42,191 nucleotides of DNA from IMG/VR virus record IMGVR_UViG_3300026233_000025, positions 1 to 42,191 of that record. The stretch is one strand, 5' to 3'. Source of the DNA: a virus. Lineage: Duplodnaviria; Caudoviricetes. The position numbers and the translations under genes are program-made. This document shows, piece by piece, positions 35,701-41,561 of the stretch; the first letter of the stretch is position 1, and each line of letters starts with the position of its first letter. The notes below the pieces were generated by a model. The model worked only from the letters and a program-made list of their open reading frames with translations, had not been told where the DNA came from and did not search any database.

Positions 35701-37581
35701 GCTGGCGACCTGGTCTACATCCGGTGCCTCATGGCGTACCATCGCTGCAAGGGCGTCCTGCGTGTCCGCTGGATGGACGGCGCCGGGAACAATATCCTGG
35801 AGCAGGACATCGTTCCGAACCTCGCCTCGGGCGATGCCGGTGGCCCCAATGGCGCGAACGGAGATCCAGGCAATTTTGGCGAGGTGTGGGGCTACTTCAC
35901 CGCTCCGGCCAACGCCAGATATGCGGCGCTTCTGACTTACGCCCAGGTTTTGACGGCGACGAACGACCCGTTCCTGTTCGTCGCCGAACCGATGCTTGCC
36001 AAGGCGCCGGCCGGCCAGAACACCAGCGTCAAGCTGCCTTACCTGCCCGGCACGGTCGACCGTTACGCCGACCAGACCGGCATCAACCAGTCCGCCTCGA
36101 TCGCCGGGCAGGGTGCGCTCGCGACCAAGAACCAGGCGGCCTCGGCGGACCTGGCGGTCGGCATCGGCGGCAACCTGCTGTTTGGCGCGGATCATCAGCT
36201 CGACCCAGCCCTGATCTACCAGATCGGGTGGAACCCCTCGAACGCCTCCTACACAATCCAGCGCGCTTCCGACTACTATGGCGGCTCATGGTCGTTGGCA
36301 GACCGCTCCACATTTACACTTTCGCAGCTCGACAATACTACCGACGGCGGGTCGGGATTCAATATTATCGACGTCTATCTATACCGTCCGGACGGTGTCG
36401 GCGGCTTTACTAACAAATGGTCAGTTCAGCCGGGCAAATGGTACGAGTTTAGCGCGTATTTTACGAGCTGGGCCCAGGTGAATTGCTACTGTGGCATCGC
36501 CTGGTTCGACAAAAATTGGGCGCAGCTATACGGCGAGGTGGGAGCGTCGGTCGCCGGCAACACGGGTAACGGCCGCGACATGGGCGCCGACTACCAACGG
36601 GCGTTCGTTCGCAAGCAGGCGCCGCCCGGGGCCGTCATGGCGATGCCATTCATCCGCAAGTCGAACTATCCCGGCGGCTCGTGGATGATGTGGACGCATC
36701 CCAAGTTCTGCGAGACGGTGGCGAACGCCACCGAGATATCGCCCTGGTCGCCGTCCGTCTGGTCTGTTGGGGTCTACCAGTCCTCCAGGGGGCGCATCAT
36801 CAACGCCAACGGGCTGCCGATCAACGGCATGACCAGCTATGGCTGGGTGATCAATCCGACCGCGCCGCTATCGTCGCCCTCGTCGACGTCGATCAACGTC
36901 GCTCCGTTCACCCTATATCTGCCTGGGTACAGCTTGAGCGTCAGCAGCGCGCCGATCAATGGACTCGCTCCGAACACGGCGTACTCCGTCTATTGGGACC
37001 TGCAGGCCTCGACCTTCGTTGCTATCTCGTCGGGAACGCAGCCCTACTCGACCAGCCCAGATCGCTATATCGCCCTCGGCGTGCAGACGACCCAGCAGGC
37101 GAGCGGCGGTTGGTCTCCGCCCTCACCTCCCGTAGGTGGGGGTGGCGGAGGCGGCGGCGGCATCTGCGTGCTGGCCGACTCGCACATGCCGAACAGAATC
37201 CGCGCCGGTGCTGTGCAGGCCGGCACGGCGTTGACGGTGCTGAAGCGTGACGGTTCGGGCCATGAGCCGGAGGTCTGCTACAGCAACCGGCCAGGCGCTC
37301 AGCCCTGCGTGATGCTGACCCTGGCCAACGGGGCGCAGGTCGGTTGCACGGTCAAGACCCCGATCGAGCAGCGGGATGGCTCGGCGATCTTCGCCCAGCA
37401 CGCCCTCGGCGCGGCGGCGGCCTATCTGGTCGACGGCGTGTTCGGCTGGGCCGAGATCGTCGCCGTCGAACCCATTGGCGTCAGGCCCATCGCCCAGATC
37501 ACGGTCGGCAACCGCAGCTATGCCGCCGGCGTCAAGCCCGGCGCTTTCGTGTTCACCCACAACCAGTCGCAAATCCCATAG
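32767..37581 (+). CDS. Tail tip/host-specificity protein (J-like) with CBM-like modules and a C-terminal Hint domain
   Basis: LRGVAH...GKKCYDPR...SENAQVC...ANLCDE core, three beta-rich modules, poly-Gly, then C...FTHN; ATG 32767. Confidence 0.88.
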   Translation: MKRWFPPLLLGALLALPATPASAAPVAAFIVGVVGLTGTAATIATFVLTTALSIGASALMSTLTKPSTPSQERQASVTTLQLGEVAREAAFGRVCSAGSLLWAFNFGGKYGTDWECLVVALADHEIDAIEGYYVSDQYYAYTGDGGQGAFSNCLDLEFINGSAVTDPLPVRFTAYTDWAATDVLRGVAHIWIAYKYDDKIWPQGRPSFKWVFRGKKCYDPRRDSTVSGGAGLQRWADPTTWTWSENAQVCRYNWVRGVFACDQVGRPDQLLVGRGLSATEAPPENIIAYANLCDEPVPLRAGGTEPRYRVGGVIRADETFDTTEQMFAAAMGGVQTQPSGGVEIEPGYAKAAVVEITDGDLIVGEPVTYDEFLQGPERRNTVIPRYVEPAQVWQDHAAPVRRSLADVAQDGGQLDDPLTLSLVTSGTQAQRCGEIKRRLNRLERRATITVGPELSALEDGDWIAWTSDRFFGGGRVVFRVEQWGLNEKWQNTLALREIAASVYSWTAANDELIPGTPPPPEQPRLAALALTGVAIAPVQLIGPGGVTTPAVRAFWDAPVDAACFGVRLEVRLQGQAEVAPTTWSRPNDGYMVSTNGVAGSANLQVRLVPLADPSRDTTASAWIDITAGAMAAALAKAVPWDGVTGPGKPEDGADVTGNHTAGGIKGQGPWATEPTPVNVVLQPGVNLVYDGAFRLSGARWTLGPNWEFSPTDGTGLALMGANGTSVSTSDNFNVKPNTTYTIQAEVLAYGIVSGAVMANVQWHDAGGAVISQSNGLYWGNGGFTDWRRQATQVTSPANAAYGRARIYTSSVVWATSLSAAVFRRVKVAAETSASPFSDDATNGAVYNDGRDINSLRPAQAGADKTASNTAAAILNQGQLATSTLTTTQVDNRNVPVGANALINDLFSNGTYGWETGGDGSTGKTFDKGLNYPGYGGQRNVAYCHVVGAVAANAWFWGLYSSGAVGALSSRPRFALPVVAGDLVYIRCLMAYHRCKGVLRVRWMDGAGNNILEQDIVPNLASGDAGGPNGANGDPGNFGEVWGYFTAPANARYAALLTYAQVLTATNDPFLFVAEPMLAKAPAGQNTSVKLPYLPGTVDRYADQTGINQSASIAGQGALATKNQAASADLAVGIGGNLLFGADHQLDPALIYQIGWNPSNASYTIQRASDYYGGSWSLADRSTFTLSQLDNTTDGGSGFNIIDVYLYRPDGVGGFTNKWSVQPGKWYEFSAYFTSWAQVNCYCGIAWFDKNWAQLYGEVGASVAGNTGNGRDMGADYQRAFVRKQAPPGAVMAMPFIRKSNYPGGSWMMWTHPKFCETVANATEISPWSPSVWSVGVYQSSRGRIINANGLPINGMTSYGWVINPTAPLSSPSSTSINVAPFTLYLPGYSLSVSSAPINGLAPNTAYSVYWDLQASTFVAISSGTQPYSTSPDRYIALGVQTTQQASGGWSPPSPPVGGGGGGGGGICVLADSHMPNRIRAGAVQAGTALTVLKRDGSGHEPEVCYSNRPGAQPCVMLTLANGAQVGCTVKTPIEQRDGSAIFAQHALGAAAAYLVDGVFGWAEIVAVEPIGVRPIAQITVGNRSYAAGVKPGAFVFTHNQSQIP

Positions 37582-37590
37582 GAGGGCCGC

Positions 37591-38106
37591 ATGGCCGTAG
37601 GAAAGTCCGTGCCGGTGGACATCACCGACGCGTTGCGCGCCGCTGGGCATGACATCAACCCGGAGGATCGCGTCTACGAGCTCGACGACCATCGCGTGAA
37701 GGTCCGCACCATCCACGATGACCACGCCAGCCAGGTCGGCCAGGAGGTGTTCCGCTTCACCGGCTCCCTGGTCGGTGAGGACGGCAAGGCGCTGGCCGAC
37801 GACCGTGGAGCCTACCAGGTCCAGGCGGACGGCTATCAGGAAGTGTTCATGAGCCATTCGCCAGTCGACTTCGTCTCGTCGATCGAGCGGGCGCGGTTCG
37901 TGATGGTCGAACGCACGATCCTGGGGGCCAAGAACCGTACGGCGGCCAGGGCGCTGACAGGCGTCGTCTCGCGCAGCGAGATCGTCGCGCGCAAAGGTGT
38001 CGATCCCTTCCTGACCGTCCACACGGCCGCGGCCCTAGTCGGTCAGGGCCCCTTGTCGGCCGCCGAGGAGGCCCCGGCCGGGCCCTTTCCCATCTCCGTT
38101 CAGTAG
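37591..38106 (+). CDS. Hypothetical protein
   Basis: 171 aa, GGAGG RBS. Confidence 0.75.
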   Translation: MAVGKSVPVDITDALRAAGHDINPEDRVYELDDHRVKVRTIHDDHASQVGQEVFRFTGSLVGEDGKALADDRGAYQVQADGYQEVFMSHSPVDFVSSIERARFVMVERTILGAKNRTAARALTGVVSRSEIVARKGVDPFLTVHTAAALVGQGPLSAAEEAPAGPFPISVQ

Positions 38107-38115
38107 GAGCCCCAT

Positions 38116-38556
38116 ATGGAACTGATCACCGGATTCCCAGAAATGCGTGTCGCGGTGCAGACCTTCGCGCTCCAGCACGGGCCGAAGCTGCCGGCGACCA
38201 TCGCCGCCCCACTGACGGAGGCGCTGGCGGCCATGTCGCCGGTCGTCATGATCTGCGACACCGCCGAGATCATCTACGCTCGCCGGGCCGAGATCACCGA
38301 CGGCGACGCTAAGGCTTCGGCTCTGACTGTCATGGGGCAATGCGCGGCGCTTGGCGCTACCAACGGTTGGCACGGCCTGGCCGTTGAGAGCCGCGGCCTG
38401 CGCATCCGTCAGGCCGCCCAGCGCGAGCTGGGCGACACCGCCCCGGAGGGGACGAGCTGGCCAGCCGTCACCGCCGACCCGATCGCTGACAACAGGTTCG
38501 CGCCGCCGGCCGCGCCCGATCCCGATGCGACGCCTGTGGGACCCGGCGGCGCCTGA
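38116..38556 (+). CDS. Hypothetical protein
   Basis: 146 aa, AGGAG RBS. Confidence 0.75.
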   Translation: MELITGFPEMRVAVQTFALQHGPKLPATIAAPLTEALAAMSPVVMICDTAEIIYARRAEITDGDAKASALTVMGQCAALGATNGWHGLAVESRGLRIRQAAQRELGDTAPEGTSWPAVTADPIADNRFAPPAAPDPDATPVGPGGA

Positions 38557-38557
38557 C

Positions 38558-38572
38558 GCGAACGCCGTTCGC
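38558..38572. repeat. Dispersed palindrome copy 11 (GCGAACGCCGTTCGC)
   Basis: Perfect 15-mer; intergenic, 1 nt after a stop codon and before a terminator. Confidence 0.9.
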
Positions 38573-38580
38573 ATCCGACC

Positions 38581-38609
38581 GCCCCGCGCCGCCTCGGCCG
38601 GGGCTTTTT
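38581..38609 (+). terminator. Intrinsic terminator before the holin-like genes
   Basis: GCCCCG...CGGGGC followed by TTTTT. Confidence 0.65.
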
Positions 38610-38626
38610 CATGCCTGGAGGGGCAC

Positions 38627-38986
38627 ATGGATCATAGACGCTGGCTGGTGGGGGCCGCCGCGGCGCTGGCGGTCGGCCTGTGGGGATCGGCGCCGCTGAT
38701 CGCGGTGCTGTTCGGCGAGCCGCCGCCGACGCGCCGGCGGGCGCTGAGGGCGGCGGCCGAGATCGGGGTGTCGATGATCTCCGGGGCGCTGTTCGGCGTG
38801 CTGTCGTCGCAAACGGCGGCGTCGCTGGCGGCGGCGCTGGTGACGCGATTCCTGGGGGTGACGGTGGCGGTCGACGCCGTGCTGGCCGGCGTCATCGTCG
38901 CCGTGGTGATCACCGGCGTTGGGCCGTCATTCCTGCGCTGGCTGGAGGGGCGTCTACGGGCCAAGGTCGCGGAGGGCCTACAATGA
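38627..38986 (+). CDS. Putative holin (about 3 TM helices)
   Basis: Hydrophobic segments; GGAGG RBS, ATG 38627; upstream of the endolysin. Confidence 0.6.
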   Translation: MDHRRWLVGAAAALAVGLWGSAPLIAVLFGEPPPTRRRALRAAAEIGVSMISGALFGVLSSQTAASLAAALVTRFLGVTVAVDAVLAGVIVAVVITGVGPSFLRWLEGRLRAKVAEGLQ

Positions 38987-39312
38987 TCATGACCAACCTG
39001 ATGGCGGCCGCCTGCATTGTTGCGGCGGCCGCGCTTGTGCTGCGCGCGACGCTGCTGGGGCGGCAGGGCCAGGGCTGGCCCAACGCCTCGCGCGGGGTGC
39101 GGTGGGCGACAGAGCTGTTCGGCCTGGCGGCATTCCTGCGCGGCGTCGAACTGGTCGCCCTCGGCAAACCGGCGTCGTTGGGCGAGACGGGGTTCGCCGC
39201 CGCCGTACTGATCTACGCCGCCGTCATGCTGTGCAATCTGTGGCGTCAGCGTCAGCGCCGCGCCCAGCTCGCCGCCGCCGTCAGTCCGCCAGCCACGCCG
39301 CCGGCACGTTGA
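38983..39312 (+). CDS. Second membrane protein (holin/antiholin-like)
   Basis: About 3 hydrophobic helices and a basic tail; ATGA overlap. Confidence 0.55.
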   Translation: MIMTNLMAAACIVAAAALVLRATLLGRQGQGWPNASRGVRWATELFGLAAFLRGVELVALGKPASLGETGFAAAVLIYAAVMLCNLWRQRQRRAQLAAAVSPPATPPAR

Positions 39313-39664
39313 GCGCGGCGGCCAGGGCGGCGGCGGTCTCGGGGCTCGCCGTCTTGGATCGCCGCTCCAGGTCGCTCAAGAACCCCTGAGCGATCCCGGC
39401 GCGGTCGGCTAGTTCGACCTGGGAGAAATGCCGCCATTTGCGCATCGCCTTGAGACGGCTATCCCCGCTCAGCATCAGGGCCGACACCTCGGGCGGCAGG
39501 ATGTCGTCAGGCGTCAATTCGGCTTTGCGGCGGTCGTAGATCGCCACGTCGGCGGCGTCCTCTTCAGCCTCGGCCGCCGCCGCCAGCAGGTCGTCATAGT
39601 CGCGGCGGGAGAGGACGACCATTTCCTCGCCGCCGGGGGTGGTGATAATTTGCGGTGCGCTCAT
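39281..39664 (-). CDS. Antitoxin: Phd-like N-terminus plus XRE HTH
   Basis: EEMVVLSRRDYDDLL...LKAMRKWRHFSQVELADRAGIAQGFLSDLE. Confidence 0.85.
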   Translation of the reverse strand: MSAPQIITTPGGEEMVVLSRRDYDDLLAAAAEAEEDAADVAIYDRRKAELTPDDILPPEVSALMLSGDSRLKAMRKWRHFSQVELADRAGIAQGFLSDLERRSKTASPETAAALAAALNVPAAWLAD

Positions 39665-39673
39665 GTCGGCCTC

Positions 39674-39925
39674 TCAGTTCCTGCGATAGGTCGTCGTCGA
39701 GCGGCGACCGATATAGATGGCGAGGATGGTCTGCGCGTCCTCGTCGAAAATCACCCGATAATCCCCGACCCGCATCCGGTAGCCGTCGCGGCCCGACAAG
39801 TGCTTGATGTCGCCCCGGCCCTCGACCGCGTAGGTGCTGAGGGCCGTGACGATCGCCTCCTGGGCCATCGCCGGGAGGGCGTCCAGGTCCTTGGCGGCGG
39901 CGCGGGTGAAGACAATCGTTTTCAT
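39674..39925 (-). CDS. RelE/ParE-family toxin
   Basis: MKTIVFTRAAAKDLDAL...DIKHLSG...YRMRVGDYRVIF...IGRR; GAGG RBS; toxin-first gene order. Confidence 0.9.
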   Translation of the reverse strand: MKTIVFTRAAAKDLDALPAMAQEAIVTALSTYAVEGRGDIKHLSGRDGYRMRVGDYRVIFDEDAQTILAIYIGRRSTTTYRRN

Positions 39926-39932
39926 GACCTCT

Positions 39933-39974
39933 TTATCTCTGAAATATCGCTGACTGTCTAGAGATAATATCTCT
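39933..39974. promoter_or_regulatory. Probable TA operator/promoter
   Basis: AT-rich; TTATCTCT...AGAGATAA inverted repeat and palindrome AGAGATAATATCTCT (39960..39974). Confidence 0.55.
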
Positions 39975-39980
39975 GATGGC

Positions 39981-39995
39981 GCGAACGCCGTTCGC
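39981..39995. repeat. Dispersed palindrome copy 12 (GCGAACGCCGTTCGC)
   Basis: Perfect 15-mer; intergenic between the TA promoter and the endolysin. Confidence 0.9.
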
Positions 39996-40001
39996 ATCTC
40001 C

Positions 40002-40022
40002 AGCCCGCCGCACGGGCTTTTT
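40002..40022 (+). terminator. Short intrinsic terminator before the endolysin
   Basis: AGCCCG-CCGCA-CGGGCT followed by TTTT. Confidence 0.6.
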
Positions 40023-40041
40023 CATGCCTGGAGCAATCGAC

Positions 40042-40479
40042 ATGACCCCTGAAGGGCTCTCCCAGCTCAAGACCGAGGAAGGCCTCCGCCTGACGGCCTA
40101 TCCCGACCCGCTGACCGGCGGCGCGCCGTGGACTATCGGCTACGGCCACACCGGGGCTGAGGTCCGCAGGGGCCTGGCCTGGACCAAGGCCCAGGCCGAG
40201 GCGGCGCTGGCCGCCGACGTCGCCAAGGCTGAGGCAGCCCTTGCCAAAGCGATTCCGTGGTTTAGCGCGCTCGATCCCGTGCGCCGCGACGTGCTGGCCG
40301 ACATGGCCTTCAACCTGGGCGTCGCCTCGCTGCTGCAATTCCGCTCCACGCTGGCGGCCGTCCAGCGCGGCGACTACGCCGCGGCCTCGGAGGGGATGCT
40401 GGCCAGCCTTTGGGCGCGGCAGGTCGGGGGCCGAGCGCGGGTGCTGGCCGAGCAGATGCGGACGGGGCGGCGGTCGTGA
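40042..40479 (+). CDS. Endolysin, T4-lysozyme-like (GH24)
   Basis: EEGLRLTAYPD...WTIGYGH...DMAFNLG...SLWARQVGGRA. Confidence 0.92.
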   Translation: MTPEGLSQLKTEEGLRLTAYPDPLTGGAPWTIGYGHTGAEVRRGLAWTKAQAEAALAADVAKAEAALAKAIPWFSALDPVRRDVLADMAFNLGVASLLQFRSTLAAVQRGDYAAASEGMLASLWARQVGGRARVLAEQMRTGRRS

Positions 40480-40838
40480 TCGCGCTCGCCTGGCTGGCCG
40501 CCCGCTGGCGCCTGGTCGTCGCCGGCGTGGTCGTCGCCGGCCTGCTGGGGTGGTGGGGCTATACGCAGCACCTGCGGCGCGCCGCGACCCAGGCGCGCCA
40601 ACAGGCGACCGTCGCCACCCAGACGGCCCAGGTCGCCCAGGCGACCACGGGGGCTGTCTCGCGGGCGCAGGACCGCATCGTTGTCGTTCATGAGAAATCG
40701 GAGGTCGCGGCCGATGCCGTGCGAAACGCCCCTGGCGCGGATGCGCCTCTCCCGCCTGCTGTACTTGACGCTTGGCGCAGCGGCATTGACGGCCTGCGCC
40801 ACGACGCCGCCGGCGGCGGCGCCCCTGAGCATCCCTGA
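40476..40838 (+). CDS. Inner-membrane spanin (Rz-like)
   Basis: N-terminal TM then a helical region; GTGA overlap with the endolysin. Confidence 0.75.
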   Translation: MIALAWLAARWRLVVAGVVVAGLLGWWGYTQHLRRAATQARQQATVATQTAQVAQATTGAVSRAQDRIVVVHEKSEVAADAVRNAPGADAPLPPAVLDAWRSGIDGLRHDAAGGGAPEHP

Positions 40839-41034
40839 CACGCTGCGACGCCCGTGCGCCGGCCCAGACCCGGCCGGCGTCGCGACGGTCGGCGACCTGG
40901 CGGCGTTCAGCGTCCGCCAGGAGGCGGCGCTACAGGTTTGCGAGGCGCGCCGGTCGGCCCTGGTCGAGATCGAGGAAGCGTACGCGCGGGTGACTGCGCC
41001 TACGCGTCGTTGGTGGTCATGGCTACAGAGGTAG
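40741..41034 (+). CDS. Outer-membrane spanin lipoprotein (Rz1-like)
   Basis: Lipobox LTAC, Pro-rich; overlaps the Rz 3' end in another frame. Confidence 0.75.
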   Translation: MRLSRLLYLTLGAAALTACATTPPAAAPLSIPDTLRRPCAGPDPAGVATVGDLAAFSVRQEAALQVCEARRSALVEIEEAYARVTAPTRRWWSWLQR

Positions 41035-41190
41035 GCGCAGCTTCACCGCCTCCAGCGTCGCCCCGAGGCTGTTGCGGAAACGCGAGAGCATGTCGACTGA
41101 CTTCCATTCGACCGTGTGACCGCACGGACAGCGAATATGCAGCGACCAGCCGCGAGCAACGGCGTCATAGATGGTGGGGGATTGGGTCAT
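41023..41190 (-). CDS. Small CxCxH protein under a LexA box, possibly truncated
   Basis: MTQSPTIYDAVARGWSLHIRCPCGH...LEAVKLRLPL; has its own promoter. Confidence 0.55.
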   Translation of the reverse strand: MTQSPTIYDAVARGWSLHIRCPCGHTVEWKSVDMLSRFRNSLGATLEAVKLRLPL

Positions 41191-41196
41191 TTGCCT

Positions 41197-41237
41197 GTTC
41201 CGCAAATGTTCTCACCCCGAAGAGGCGCGAGTGTCAA
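41197..41237 (-). promoter_or_regulatory. Alphaproteobacterial LexA box plus -35 element
   Basis: GTTC-CGCAAAT-GTTC at 41197..41211 (GTTC-N7-GTTC); TTGACA on the minus strand at 41232..41237. Confidence 0.7.
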
Positions 41238-41324
41238 GCAAGCCCACAAAAAGGCTGAACAATCACGCTACTTCAGAACGAGCCGCAGCGGAACGTAACC
41301 GAAAGTAGGTTCGGGCGTGTAGCT

Positions 41325-41339
41325 GCCCCCAGCTACCAC
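41325..41339 (+). repeat. attR core direct repeat GCCCCCAGCTACCAC
   Basis: Identical to 31..45; lies just beyond the lysis cassette. Confidence 0.9.
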
Positions 41340-41561
41340 CGCGCCGGACATCACCGTCCAGGCGCGGTCTTCATGAAGACCTGGCGGCGCGGCCTTCTTC
41401 CCCCTTGCGACCAGGCGGCGGCGACCGCCATTGACTCGCCCGGCGAGCGCCATGATTGTCGCCTATCGGAGGTTGCCCGGGCGACGGCCGACCGGCCCTG
41501 AGAGGCCGGCTCTCCCGCGCGCCGCCGCTTTTGTTCATGTCGCTCAGCTTCGGGAACCGCC

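Larger units (their letters stand above)
31..41339. mobile_element. Lambda-like siphovirus prophage, apparently complete
   Basis: Integrase, immunity, replication, packaging, head, tail and lysis modules lie between two identical 15-bp repeats at the tRNA 3' end. Confidence 0.95.

Noticed and set aside
37165-37563. Canonical mobile intein
   Set aside because: No homing endonuclease, +1 residue is Gln and only five residues follow; kept as a Hint-type processing domain.
32767-38556. Diversity-generating retroelement or invertible tail cassette
   Set aside because: I saw no reverse transcriptase, TR/VR pair or second recombinase; the linker repeats are diverged protein-level repeats.
16879-38556. 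Gene transfer agent rather than prophage
   Set aside because: Integrase, att repeats, repressor, origin, cos-like site and lambda-type terminase/portal indicate a genuine temperate phage.
5640-39995. Dispersed palindrome as a CRISPR array or recurring peptide motif
   Set aside because: Copies are kilobases apart with no spacer structure or cas genes, and they occur in different frames and in intergenic DNA.
41268-41453. 61-aa minus-strand ORF as an independent gene
   Set aside because: It spans attR; its 3' part is better explained as the attP-form integrase tail.
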